64,000 nt of DNA from a bacterium (GTDB lineage Bacteria > UBA8248): NCBI GenBank assembly GCA_965213685.1, contig CBDBZY010000018.1, forward strand, positions 749,004 through 813,003, read 5' to 3'. Positions 18,743 to 32,790 of this stretch are shown one piece after another (the stretch's first letter is position 1; each line of letters begins with the position of its first letter). The translations under genes and the position numbers were made by a program. The notes beneath the pieces are model-generated. The model was not told the origin of the DNA. It did no database searches and saw only the letters and a program-made list of their open reading frames with translations.

Positions 18743-21700
18743 CTTCACTCTCTCTCCTCTGCCGTTCTTCCTCCAACTTGGACCCACTCAGGACATTAGT
18801 TAGTGTCCACTTATCTTCCTCTTCACACTCTGCAGTGGAGGCAGAGATACATGTGCAGTTACCTAGGCAATCCTCTTGCCAGTAATTAGTGCAGTACTCC
18901 TCCCTCTGCCCACAGAGGAGATCACATTACATCATCCACTCACACCTGACATCCTGTGCATAGTGCACTATGTACCCACAGGGAGGACATGCCACAGCCT
19001 TGTACATGTACATACCATCTCACCACATCTCCTACTGCTACTGCTGCCCACAGCATCACTCCACAGTGAGCAGTGTGGCCAGTCCCCCACTCCACTCACT
19101 GCCACAGTGCCCATCATGCTGCCTACCACACTCACTCCACTCACCAAACTCCAGGACTGTGGTGTCAGAGAGCAGCGGCAAGTCCTGTGCTGAGGTGTAC
19201 TTGCTAGAGTTATCGGAGACTCCAGCCACAGCCACCACCAACTTCTTTGTAGGAGTGAGGTGGAGCACTCCACCACCATGCCACCACCGTGGAGTCAGGG
19301 ATCCTGGGGGAAGGAGTACCTGTAGGGAGGGGAACAGGAGAACACTCAAATGTACAGCAGTCCACACAATTGTCTGCTGCTCCACTGCTTACTGTTGGCT
19401 GCCAGTGGAAGTGTGTTGTGTATTATCTGAAAGGCTGCACATCACCTCCTACACACCCACTGCATTCGCTGCTGTCCAGTAATGGAGCAGCCCATTCCTC
19501 ACTGCTCTCTCCCTCTCCATACCACACAATTCTACACCACATGACTTCTCTACATGCACTGCACACACTGCCATATGCTCTGCACATGCCAACCTCTATC
19601 CACTCACATGCCACACCTACTCACCTGGGTTGGCTGCACAGGACAATACCACACACACCACAACACACCATCACTACTGGTATAGGGGCAGGCTTACAAG
19701 GGGAAGTGTTCAGCTGAGCACTAGCCACACATGCAGTGTGAAGGTCATTGCCACACAGCAGCACCACTAAGGGGACATCAACACACTCACTGCCTCATGA
19801 GCTCACAGCTCACTCACCTCTTCCCACTGGATGGCATTAATATTGAAGAGCCACACATCTCCCAGTGGCTCGCCTGATCTGCTCATACCTCCCACCATCA
19901 CCATACATGGGTGTGGTGGGTCTCTGTCTGGATCCCACAGACTGTAGGCTGTGTGGGCCTGCCTCTCCTCAGGCCATGGCTGGCCTGTCTGAGGTAGCAC
20001 TGGTCCAGTCCAGTGCTGGAGAGGGAAAACAATTTGAAAACACTTTGAGAACATGTAATCCACTCACATATGTACATGCTCCAGCTCAGTAATGTACCCT
20101 CCCCTCTCTACACTGCCTGTATGGACTCACACTACTAGCTAGCCACACATGCCAGCCCATGTACATGGAACATGTACCTGCAAACCTCTTCTCCCATGCA
20201 CACTAACTGGCATGTACACTGTACATACATGTACACTGTATGCAGTCTACAAGTGGATTCTCTCTCATCATGATAAGAGCAACATCTTGTCCACTACTCT
20301 ATCAGTTACTATGCATGTACACACCACTATTGGGTCCCACCAGAGGCAATATATTACTGTATGTATGCCCATATTCACACAGTGTATGCTCATATTCATG
20401 TACATGTGTGTGCATGTGATGGTGTCTTGTGCAGGGGACAGTGTCTCCTGTAGCACTGCTCTACATGTATGTACTGCCAGACCTGCCACTCCTCATTCCA
20501 ACTCACAGGCCATGCTCCCCTCTCTACACTGGCTCATGGCTGATGACTGAATGTACACTCTCTTCCCTGCACAGACTCATACTAGGTATCTAGGCCCACA
20601 CTAGCCTCACATCACACCATCACAATCATATTACACTGATAGATAAATGTACACACATGGAGAAGGCACTAATTATGTGTTTTATTGTTCAAACAACTGA
20701 ACTACCTAAGCAGTAGGACAGGTGATCTCAGACAGTACATTATTAATTGGGTACAACTGTATCTCAGCCACTCACCCATGCCACAGTGTCCAGGATGAAC
20801 ACTGCATTTGTCATCCTCATCCTCTCCCCATCCCACCCACCAAACCACACGACTCTCCTCCTGTCCACTCTAGTGAGGGTCATGTCAGAAGATGGAGGAG
20901 GAGTCCTACCAGTGGTGGGTGGAGTGGACCACTGACCTGGAGGGGGGGGGGGGGGAGGGAGTGGTCAGGGACTAGCCACACCCACTGGCCTGGGGACACT
21001 GCTCACATGATCCACCAACACCCACCAGGTAAGGCACAAGGCACTCTGCTCCTCACAACCATCTACACCACTACATACTGACATGTACTAGTCAACATGT
21101 GAGGAGCTCTGCAATGCTCTCACTGTACTTGCTCTATTTGATTCTTTTACCATAAAATCGAACTCTGTTGCTGTTGGGGTAGGCGAATGGGAAATATGTA
21201 AACAATTAACTTCTTATTCACAGACTGTAGTGGTATTGTAGGCATGGGAGTGAATACAGTTCATAGTTGATACAGAAGAGGTGCCTGGCTCTGCAATGCT
21301 CTGACTGTACTTCATTTGAATATTTTACTATGAAATATTTTGTTGGGGCCAATGGGAACTATCTCAAATAAGTAAACATTGAAACTTCCTGTTTATCATA
21401 GACAGTGGTGTAGTGGTATTGTGGGCATGGGATTGAATACAATTCATAGCTGACACAGAAGAGGTGCCTGGCTGACTGTCCAAACATGAGCATGCCAGGC
21501 TGATTGCCTGACATGATACAGGTACATACATGTACATAGCAGAGGGTGAGGGATGTGACTTGTGTAGAGCAGCATACATAGTCACATCATTTGCATGCCC
21601 ACCTCATGTGGTGAGAGGTAGCATGTCTGTGCATATATGTATGCTAGAATAACTGACATGGTTACCAGGTACACAGGAGGAGAGAGGGCTTCCTTATTAG

Positions 21701-24007
21701 GAAGCATACTATCACCATGCTTGGCCAGGCTGTGTGGGTGTTTCCCAACTGTCTATGATGGGGCACAGAGACCACCTCCACCCTAACTAACAGCTCCTCC
21801 TCAAGCAGCCACTGCTAGAGAGGCAGCACTGCAGCACAGAAGAGACAGCCTAGCATCAAACATTACTAACTAGAGGAGTGGTGCAGCCGAGGAGGGCCTT
21901 GGAAACAAGAGAGACATGTCTACAGCAGATGAGCTCATATCAGCTCCCACGACTGCTCCTGAGACTGCACTGGAGGGAGAAGCTCGGCTGCAGTAGAGAC
22001 ACATGTCATTATATTTGCTGCAGTGGCTTGTTTGCTATAGAGAGAAAGGTTAGTCTTGAGACAGTTGCTCTAGAGAGATATATATTAGACAAGAGGGACC
22101 TGCAGCTACACTATCTAGTTATAATCAACATGCTGTTTAATTAACTCTTAGTAGCAACTGCCTGGCATGAGAGATTGCTGGCTGATAATACTAGACAGAC
22201 AAAAAGCCACAACAGCAATGCATGTGTGTACACACAGGGTGTATGCATGGCTCAGCACCATGCTTAGAAACACAGAAATCAATAGCATAAGAGTAGCATA
22301 TAAAGATATTAATAGTACCTAAACTAGGACATTGTGTACCCATTCACCTTCCTATTTAAAGCCTCTTTCTTTCTTAACCAATCTTTGTTATAGAGAGTAG
22401 TCAATCACTGCTTTGTTATCATTATGAAAATGGAATCAATCTAGGCTAATACACGAATGGCTTATAATTAGTAGCCTAATAGTAGGTGAAGTGATGAGAG
22501 GAGGTTGGGAAAAGGCCTGGTTGTGAAGTGCTGTAGTTATCTGTGCCTGCTCTTGTGTCTTCACTCTCATTTTAAACAGCAGGTTGACTTTCAAATCACA
22601 GTTTTAACACTGTGCACCACTGCTATATGTCTGAACTTTGTACCCACCTTCTTATGTGATCAGTGGGTTACACGTGCAGGATTTTGAGTTGGCCAGGGGA
22701 GGGACACCAAAGCACATCCCCAGCATGGGAGACTAGGAACGTGACCTCAAGAAAACATACACACTCCATAGGTGTCAGAACCGTGGGGGGGGGGGGGGAG
22801 CTGGGGGTGCTATACCACCCCCACTTCTTACAGGAGGAAGTGAATAGGTCCACACCATCAACCCGACTGATGAGAGACGTGTCTGGAGGCAGTGCAGTGA
22901 GGTTATTATCACAATTGCCGGTGTTGTGCAGTAGTCTAGCTTGACCGCACATGCTATGTTAAGCGTATGGGCCCCACCCCATGGGACTCCTTCCCAGACT
23001 GTATGTAACCCTGGGAACGAGACACAGGCACACCTTTCTATTAAAATTGCATAAGTGTGAATACTACTAACAGTTATATAAGATGGTCTACTCAGTTGAG
23101 CACCCACTTATAAACATCTTCCTACACATATATACGCACTCTGAGAATAATTTGAGAGACATTCGCTGAATACTTGCAGCCACTTTATGGGGGAGGGGAC
23201 GTAGTCACACATAATATGGTACACATTTTGGATAGCCAAGGAAAGGTCCTTGATCTGCAGCACATGACCTCACGTACACAATGACATGCTTTGAACAATA
23301 TTTAATGGTCCGAAAAGTTAGACATCTTTATGTGCACTGAGTTTATGGTCTGTGTCTGGTGTTATTACATGAGGCCATGTGTAGAGGTCAGCTCATACGT
23401 GCAGTGGACCAGTTGTAACCTCATTCACAGCATGTGAGGTAGAGTAAAGGTACTGACAGTCCATGCACACACCTGACTCAGAGTTGTAGTACAGGAGCTG
23501 ATTGGTGTATCCTCGACCTTCACTGTCCTCTGGATCAGGAATGAAGCCTGTTATTGGTTGGTGGGTGGGACATTCTGCGTACCCTCCAGCATTGAGTAGA
23601 TCTCCACTGGGCAATGCGACAAGACCAGAGTTCATAGTGTGTAGCATTTGGCCAGAGCTGACAATTCTCCTCCATACAAAGTTTTGGGAATTGAAAACAG
23701 AGAGCTCATTGCAGAAGCCTGGACCACCACTGTTCCCGCCCATGAAGTACACGTTTGTGTGGTACGAGGTGACTGCAGCACCTTGGAACCATGATGGCAG
23801 CTCACCAGATGTCAGATATTTCTTCCATGATAAGGTTACACCATTGAACATCTCCACTTCTCGTGGTAGTGTGAACGTGCTTTTGTGCTGGAATGACTTA
23901 AGCATGCCCCTAAACATCCAGAGTTGTGAGCCAATTGAAAATGTTGGGGCATCATAACGTTCCTCAGGATGGTATGAGCCAGTTGGCTGTGCAGGAGGCT
24001 CAGCCAT
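18743..24007 (-). CDS. Kelch-repeat (six-blade beta-propeller) protein, multi-exon; 3' continuation unresolved
   Basis: Exons 24007-23473, 20936-20776, 20015-19818, 19319-19145 and 18829-18743 have AG/GT boundaries, matching phases and no stops. Kelch signatures: VYFMGG...NELSVFNSQNFVW, LLNAGGY, VVWFGGWDG...VFILDTVAW, WPEERQAH...MVMVGG..LGDVWLFNINAIQW, LTPRWWH. Confidence 0.85.
21105..21473 (+). repeat. ~185-bp tandem duplication within a Kelch intron
   Basis: gctctgcaatgctct.actgtactt...gtagtggtattgt.ggcatggga.tgaataca.ttcatag.tga.acagaagaggtgcctggct occurs twice. Confidence 0.8.
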
Positions 24008-24569
24008 GGCTGGATCTGGGGAGAGGGGGGAGGGGGAGATAGCCACTGAGTGAAGTTACAGCCGCGACATTACGCATTTGTAGAAGTACACATGTATATG
24101 TGAACATCTTTCAGGTCTGATTTGAGACAGTGGAACAAGATTGTAAGCTACAAACACTTGTAGCACGTGCAGCATGTGCAGTAGGCATATCTCAACACAC
24201 GTGGGTACCAGTGCACTGGGCAGTGCTTCAAACTGTGTAAGGCAAACTAGGCAAATGCAGTCCAGTGTTGTGGCCAGGCTCACACCACTTGCAAGAGGCT
24301 GCTAAACTGAGAGGAGAACCCCCTTTATGTAGCCTTACCATCTGACTAGGTACTGAGGTTTCTATGCACAGTGGGGGAAATCCCATGATGTATTGTACTA
24401 TGAGGCAATCCCATCATGTGATGGATTCCATGGCTGCACACAAGGACATTCTGGAGCCATCTTATGCTGCTTGATGTCTGATCTATATCACTCTATGCAA
24501 ATGGTAGACATGTACCTCAAAGGGTGAAGTTACCATGAAGATACTATGTGTATACTGTCCACAGACCAT

Positions 24570-25550
24570 TAGAGGTAGCTACTGCCTCGTGTTGACATGA
24601 GGAATGAGGAACAGGAGTTTGTGCAGTGTGTGGAGACCTGATGACACAATGAGTGAAACGCCATGTACATTGAACGAAGGTCAGTGCACATTGATATATA
24701 GTGGACACTACCATGTTAGGGCGGAATTACATGAAGGAAGGAATAGTGCACGAAGTAGCGGGCTCAAGCGGTAGAAACATGTCCATTAGAAACCAAGCGA
24801 ATGGGTAATGGCTACTCTGAGCGTTACAGTGCTACTGTTAGGGGAGGGGCTTGCTCTGATACAAGATTGAGCGAAGAGAAAACAAGAGCCGAGGGCTGAA
24901 CGCTCAGCGGGCAAAGGCTAGGGCTGCGCTTGCACATGTGAGCGAGCAAGTGGCACTCTGACGGGCGATGGAGGAAAGGACACTTGACGTGTGTATACTG
25001 TCTGCAGACCATTACAGTTGCTGACATGAGGAATGAGGAGCAGGAGTTTTGTGCAGTGGGTGGAGACCTGATGCAGCAATGAGTGAAATGCCATGCACAT
25101 TGAAGGAATGTCAGCGCACAAAGATAGTGAGCACTGGCATGTAGGGGTGGGAGTATGGAGCAAGGAATGGTGCACTAACAGTAGCGGGTTCAAGCGGTAG
25201 AAACGTGTCATTGGAAACCAAGTGAAGGGGCGATGGCTACTCTGAGCGCTACAGTCCAACTCTTAGGGGAGGGGCTTGCTACTGTACACAAAGAGATGTA
25301 TTCTGAGCCGAGGACTGTCCGCTGAGCAGGGCAAAGGCTTGGGCCGCGCTTGTATATGTGTTGTATATGTGAGAAAGCAAGTGACGCTCGGACTGGCACG
25401 GGGAAAGGATACTCTGATCATCCGATGTGTGACGGGACAAGGTCTGAGAGCTAGGCTTGAGACTACTCTAGCCATACCATGCAATTATAAGAGTAACAAA
25501 ATGTCTAAAGGCTCCTACCACTTGTTCCCACAGAGATACACATTGTGGCT
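24570..25550 (+). repeat. Unclassified GC-rich interspersed repeat, ~430-bp unit in tandem (third copy at 44490-44815)
   Basis: ggctactctgagcg.tacagt...ggggaggggcttgct...gggcaaaggct.gggc.gcgcttg occurs at ~24810, ~25235 and ~44495. The copies at 25520 and 44785 share cttgttcccacag. Confidence 0.85.
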
Positions 25551-25589
25551 TCGCGATCGTTGCCGGCCGCAGCGCTTATGATGTACGCA

Positions 25590-25815
25590 AAGGTAGGCGG
25601 AGATTTATACTCCGCGCAACTTCTAAGCCTTTGGCTGTAAACTTATTATGGCTCACCCTTTTCTGGGTTCTCCTAGCCAGTTGAATGCTCCCTTTGTTTT
25701 ATCTTGCACGGCGAGGTTCACTCCGATCTGCCCCACCCATTTGCTCGATAGTTTCCTCTTAGTATACGGATATACGGGACGTTGGGTCTCATGCAAAACC
25801 GGAAGTTCCGTGGGG
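25590..25815 (+). repeat. Dispersed repeat (second copy at 47017-47213)
   Basis: ttattatggctcac..ttt.ctgggtt.tcctagccagttg.atgctc...gtatacggatat...gcaaaaccggaagttccgtggg is shared. Confidence 0.85.
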
Positions 25816-26093
25816 ATTATTGCTCAGCTCACATGAGGGCGACAAGCCAGCAATTCGAAGGCGCCAGCAAAACGCTGTATTTCTAAGGTGAATATTGAGT
25901 TATGGCGTCCAAGACTGTCACTCTCTACTGTCTCTCTACTGTATGCCTCGATCTGTTGTCTTTTATTCATTTGCCGTATCCAACCCACGAACATGGAAGA
26001 GTCGATCTCAGTCCTTTTTTTCCAGCACTTTTGACGTTTTGTTTTTATGTCATCTCTCGCTTGTTCATGCAAAACCAGAACCAGCCCCCCCCC

Positions 26094-26235
<142 letters not shown>

Positions 26236-26776
26236 TTTCGCCATCCACGCCTACTAAGGAGACACGTGAGTTACTCAGTACACGAATCAGGCGGCAAGTA
26301 TTCGTAGCGCCTAGTGTAGCCCGCCTCCTATCAAGAATATTATTGCTAAGCATAAGTATTTGCCGAAGTTGAGCGAGCCAGACGTAATTCCGTGTACGCA
26401 TGCGCGCAAAAAGGAAATACGTCTCGAGACTGACGTTGCGTGCTCGTGTTCGCAACGTGAGAGTCAGGCCCCTTGTATGAACTGCATTCCGACTCTTCTG
26501 CATAATTATTACTAGTAGAATGTTGGACATTGTTGGCGAGCGGGAGCGAGCCAATGTGGGGGTGGGGCTGGATGTGTAAAGTGTGAATCACGTTAAATTA
26601 GAACTGACGTAAACGTTACGGTATGTGTGGAGCCACACACGTACGTACGTACGTATATACAAAAATCGCTCCCGCTCGCCAATTATAGGCTGTCACTTTC
26701 AGGTCTGATTTTCTATTGTTTCATGCATATTTCTACTATGATCTAGGTGAATAAAATGGCATGTGTGAGGGGTATG

Positions 26777-27000
26777 CAGTGGAACCCCGCTTAACGGACA
26801 CCCCTCAACGGACGGACAGTTCTGAAACAGAAAATCCCGATCGTTTCTCCATAGACATTATACCGTAACGTTTACGTCAGTTCTATTAGAAACTCCTGAA
26901 TAGCGGACATCCCGCTATTCCGTATAACGGACAGTAATCTTTCTCCAATTGTCCATTCGCAATACTAGAAAACCCCGCTCAACGGACACTTTAACCACAC
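26777..27000 (+). mobile_element. Left end of a Tc1/pogo-type MITE
   Basis: CAGTGGAACCCCGCTTAACGGACACC start with repeated (a)cggaca motifs, typical of Tigger/pogo-like termini. No clear right TIR was found. Confidence 0.5.
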
Positions 27001-27715
27001 CCACGGAATATTGTAAAGTAAACCCCTTTATGCTGGACTCCGGAAAAATGAGGAACATAGGTCTCAAACGCGTGCCTATATAAAGTTTCACAAATGAGCC
27101 CCTCAGATTCACCTGGTGCAATGATGAAGTGCTGTACACGTGACAAATTGCATAAGCAGAAGTTAATCTCAACAAATGTAGCTGGGTCTTCTATTTCACC
27201 CTTAGACTTTTAGGCAAGAGCTGCTTCCAGTTAACGGTACATAGCACGCGTTCTTTTCACAGAACACCTTGTGATCCAAAACGCGACGTGAATTCCTCCT
27301 CCCCCTCCCATCAACTGTAGATTGGATTGCACTGTACATTGCCGCTATATGGCTTTCGTTCAGAGCCAAAAGTTTCCTCCGGAAGCAGATGTGTAATTAC
27401 AAGCTGCGCGGACGCGGCGCACAGCACCATGTACATGTACGTGTGGCAGCTGGCCAGGGGACAGAGCAGGCTATGGAGTGCTGCAGTGCCCTATCACGGA
27501 TGAAGGTTACAGGATGATCGATAGACTGGGTGAGTTTGTCCGCCTACGAAAGCTACTCTATGCATAGATAAACGAGCGGTTCTGCTCGTGTATCTATGCT
27601 CTGTGTTGCTGCGTGAAAAACTGGGCCTACTTTCGTAGGATGCTGCGCCGCAGCCTGTTGATTGTCAGGTGTGCATCGACACAACCACTGGCAGGGGGCA
27701 GGCCTGCTGAACTGT

Positions 27716-27864
<149 letters not shown>

Positions 27865-28119
27865 TGTCTGTCTGGTGTGTGCTGTGGATGCTGAGTTTGT
27901 CCGCGTATGAAAGCTACTCTATGTTGCTACGTGAAAAAACTAGGCCTATTTCCGTAGGATGCTGTGCAGCCTGTTGTTTGTCAGGTGTAGCTAGTCAGGT
28001 GTGTGTCAACACAACCACTGGCAGGGGGCAGGCCTGCTGAGCTGATTGTGTGTGTGTGTGCGTGCATGCGTGCGTTCATGCGTGTGCACGTGTGTGTGTG
28101 TCAGGTGCGTGTGTGTTGT

Positions 28120-28219
<100 letters not shown>

Positions 28220-29002
28220 TTAAGATGGAGAGAAAGATAAGGGAAGTTTGGGGAGAAAGAAAAAAGAATAGAGCTGGGAGGGCTTTTGTCCACTCCACCA
28301 GCAGCAGTCCCCGGTGCCAGGGCAAACCTGACCTATATGCACCAGCACTCACACATCCCTGTGTCCCAACTGTCACCTTGTGGTTATATACACTTAAGAC
28401 TCTAGAAATGCATGTAGCTATAACTTACTTTTATACAATCCAGCAGGTAAATATTTCCAGTCATCAGGGATGTACCCAAGTCCATCATAGTTTAACCACA
28501 GGTTTCGGTCCCTTTAATCTTCCGACCTGTGGCTAACTCCGGAGTTGGGTGGGACCACTCCCATAAATTGGAGTCCGGCATCCAGGATTCGTTTGTTTTT
28601 TGATGTACCTACTTCAGGTGTATTGGACTTAGTCTACACAGTGTAGTGTCCCAAGGCAGATAGGTCTACATATCAGTGCACAATGGCTGGTTTACATAGC
28701 TACGTGGTAAATAGGTAATACACGACAAAGTAAACAGGATGCACCTTCTCAATTTACCAACTGCAATTAGCAGCTGCTATTACCCGCGCATAGTTTTAGT
28801 AGGCTCTGCGCGCTTGCGCAATTGCGTGTACGTACCTAGGAGAAATGGGCACTGCGTACAGCTGCATGCAAAAGGGAGGCTTGCTCCTATTTGACTTCCA
28901 TAAAAAGGACAGTATGTGGGTGTTTTGCAAGTGTGAGTATGAGTGTGTGTGTGTGTGTGTGTGTGCACATACATGCGTGCATGCATGCGTGCGTCCGCGC
29001 GC

Positions 29003-29101
<99 letters not shown>

Positions 29102-29128
29102 TGCACATGTGTGTGTGTGTGCGTGTCT

Positions 29129-29175
<47 letters not shown>

Positions 29176-29227
29176 TGTGTGCATGTACTGCTACATGTAC
29201 ATGTAGGTTTAATTGTTGCTTTGTGCT

Positions 29228-29450
29228 AAAATATATTTTTCTAAGCCGTTGAGTTTGTTGGAGATATATATTTTTCTAAGCTGATGAAGCTGCTGTACAT
29301 ATCTATTTTTCTAAGCCATTGAGGTTGTTACAGATATATATATATTTTTCTAAGCCATCGAGATTGCTAGAGATATCTATTCTTCTAAGCCATTGAGGTT
29401 GCTTTCCAGTTATTAAACTATATATTTCTAAGCCTCTGAGGTTGTTGTGG
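29228..29450 (+). repeat. ~35-40-bp degenerate minisatellite (atatatttttctaagcc.ttgaggttg), about 6 copies; inverted relatives at 53910-54020
   Basis: Repeated ttctaagc motif at regular spacing. Confidence 0.75.
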
Positions 29451-30039
29451 ATTTTAGTTTGTTGTAGAGTGTGTGGTTCTTTCTTTCTTCTCTGTTCTCT
29501 TTCTCTTTCTGCTTATTGTGGTGCACTATGCACGTGATTGTTCATGTAGAGTGTGGCAGTGTGCGAGAGTGGCCAAAGTATACTGGGCTGAGTATATGTG
29601 TCACAAGACCTGTAAACTTAGACCTCCTTTAGACAAGCCAGCCTTCATGGCCACCTGTGTATTCAATAGCTGTGTGCCGTGCACATTTAGATCTGCATGT
29701 AGGTACTGATACACACCATTTTTGTTCCATTAGCCGCGCAATGGCAGGTTTTGATGTGGTGTGTTAGTTGCCAGAGCTCTGGACATTGGGAGCATGTGTA
29801 GTGGGACACAGGTTGAGGAATAGACCCATTGAAAATGAATACGCAGCTGCCATGTATAAACACCACATCACTGCCAAACACGGCATTGTTAGCTTCACGT
29901 ATGTTAAAGAGGATGGGGAGGAAGAGTGAGCAACAGTCTTTTTGAAGACACTACACTGGCTGGCAGAGGATTTGATATTAAAGAAAGTGTATAGGATTGG
30001 ACTGTGCTACTGCAAAAGATTTCCCAAAGCTGAAAAGCT

Positions 30040-30270
30040 TTCGTAATTCAGCATGTCATCTTTAGTGTATGGACTGGAGTTGAGGATCAGATGCATGCAG
30101 ACATGTACATAGGTTATTGCTGGCCAGAGGTCTACATTATCCTTCCACTCTCTCCCTGGCAGCTCATAAGGATCACAGCCCACAACTTGAATTGTGTCAA
30201 CATAGCATTGCTTCGACTCTGCATCAGCTACATGTATGCTAGTCACGTATTCTGGGAGAAAACCACTTTC
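30040..30270 (-). pseudogene. Fragment of a transposon-associated SWIM/YqaJ-type ORF N-terminus (ISL2EU/Harbinger-like)
   Basis: CYVDTIQVVGCDPYELPGREWKDNVDLWPAITYVHVCMHLILNSSPYTKDDMLNYES fits the recalled GxDPY...W...PxIxYxDI..YL...SxYT...L..YKS pattern. Confidence 0.55.
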
Positions 30271-31799
30271 CAGATGTTTACCCCAAGCCATACTCACTAG
30301 GTATGTACATGAGCGTGTACACTTTAGTACAGCAATATGGCACATAGCAACCGTTGCCATGCAAAACATAATTATGAACCATGGCATAACATGCAATGGG
30401 TCTACAGCAATGCTGAATCTGTTGAAAGAGGTACAGCATGAACATGTGCATACATAAACATCAGTCAAAGGGGCAAGGCAGTGCAAAGCAACTGTAACTA
30501 TGGCTGAAGATAGCTCTTGGAAAAAATGAGATGTGTCTCAGGTACATGTAGAACTGGAACATGTGCCATACTGCACACTGCGTATATGCTCCACCAACTG
30601 AGCCACTGAGGCAGCTTAGCTGGGTGGGCTGAATATTTAAGGGTTATACAAGGGCAATGGTGTCTCTCCTGTTAGACAGGGCAGCTCTTAACTTAGCAAT
30701 ATGTACAGGCTACACTGTAGTGTGGTCCACTGCCCTTAATGCTCTTGTTCATAAAACATGCCATAATTGTGTCCCATGTGGTGCCCACTCCACTGCCAGT
30801 GAGACCTGATATTGGCAGACCCATCCTGCACAATAGTTAGCACACCTGACCAGAGAGCTGGGGCAGTATGCACATTGTACGTTTTGGGAGGGAGGGGGGG
30901 ACACAAACAATGTGCCCTCCTTGGCTGTACAGGTTGTTCACACCACTTATTCACCTCTCAATCTTTACTGTTTACTGTTTGGTCTACTTTGCCTCTCCCC
31001 CCAAAGTTCCTGGCTCCATGGCTCACTCGTGGCTCCAAAGGGGCAGCACAGCCCCCCCTCCCCCAGGGAGAGCTCTGGCATGTGCTGCAGTACATGTACA
31101 TGTCCTCGTGCAGCTTATCTTATTCATGTACATGTACATGCACTCGTACTACTGCACAGTAGCTTCATGAGGCACATGTACCCGTCACAGGCAACATAAC
31201 CATGTATGTGTACATGTGTGTACATGTACCTGTACTAATATACTGTCTTTTGAGACGTCCTCTTCTCCCTTCCTCCCTTCCCTATTGTCTCAGCTCAGGT
31301 GGCATCGCAGTCAGGGCTCACATGTGCCTGTGCATGTACATGTAGTCGCAATGCTTTGTGTGGAACAGCTGTAGAACGTTTTGAGTGTCTGTGGTCGTTG
31401 TGTTATCCCATCTCATCCCTGCACTGCTGGCTTTGTGGGGGGTCCCTTCGATGTACATGAATGTTTGTAGTGGATGATTTTCTGGAAGCCGCAATCACCC
31501 TTCCTCCCCCCTCCTCTCCTGTGGTGGCTGTATCACCCCATCCCATCCCAGCACTGCTGGCTTTATAGGTTTTGAGGTGGGGGGTTTCCCTAAGATGTAC
31601 ATGTGGTTATGTAACAGATGATTTTCTGGAAACCGCAATCACTCAGGCTGATGTGTGGTGCATGTACTTACAGCAGTGCTGCAACCACAGCAGCTTATGC
31701 AGTCACAGCAGTGAGTGGGTGATGAGAGCCAGCCACCTTTGAACCAGCTGTCTGCTGCTTCCCCAGCTTGCTCTAGCTCACCTCGACATGCATGGCCTG

Positions 31800-32020
31800 A
31801 GGGCTAACTCTTGGTGTGCATGCACCAGAGGGGGAATTACTTTAGTTGTCCTGTGTGTCTTCTGTCTGTCTCTCTGTCTGTCTGTCTGTCTGTCTACAGG
31901 AGCTAATCTGCAGACTGGTGCTAGTAGACATCTAACTGAAGGCACTAGCAGGTTGAGTGGCACATTTTTCCAAAGAATAGGAAACCTTTTCTCTAAACCT
32001 GCTTTATTGGAAGGTTAGCA
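31800..32020 (+). mobile_element. Degenerate HINE/DINE-1-like (Helentron-associated) element
   Basis: taactcttggtgtgcatgcaccagaggg hairpin followed by a (GTCT)n microsatellite; homologous to the reverse complement of 46080-46265. Confidence 0.55.
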
Positions 32021-32790
32021 CATTAAACTGACCAGGACCAAGCCAGCTCGAGTCCACTATTTTGTTCATGTTGCAATGCTTTACCTTTCCATTTCACGTC
32101 CGTAAAGCTAATGCAATTATGGTCCTTCATAGGTGCATGCATGTACGAGACTACAATAGTGTGCACACGTGTACGTACACTGACCATACAACATGCAAGA
32201 CAAGGCAGGACACTAGACTATAGCCCAATTGAGTTGACGTAAACCGACAATGCTTGCATCATTTGTACAGGCTCTCTCTCCTCTACCATTCTAACTGATT
32301 TAACAGTATTATCTCTTGGTACACAAAATCACGGTCTGGTTGACTGACCGGGCATCCGGTTGTTCAACCGGATGCCCTGTTGTTCAACAGAACAGAGGTT
32401 GCACATCCGGGCGGAACATGTACACATACACTGTACCTACCTCCCATGGCAGGCTTGTGCATGTACACGTACAATGTAAGCTCACAATCCCCTCTCCCCT
32501 CCCAAAACTCACACCCTCACACATTATGCAAGCATACATGTACATACCCATCCCTCCCTTCCTCCCTGCCTCCCCCTCCTCCTCCCTTCATCCCTACTTG
32601 TCTCTGTTCAGTCAGCATCATGGTCAGTGTTGACATGTGCATGTACATGTAGTTGCAATGCTTTGTGTGAAATACAATGTAGCTGTAGAAGTTTTGAGTG
32701 TTTGTGGCGGTTAATTGTATCACCCCATCTCATCCCTGCACTGCTGGCTCTATGTTTTGAGGTGCAGGATTTCCCTAGGATGCAGTTTAA

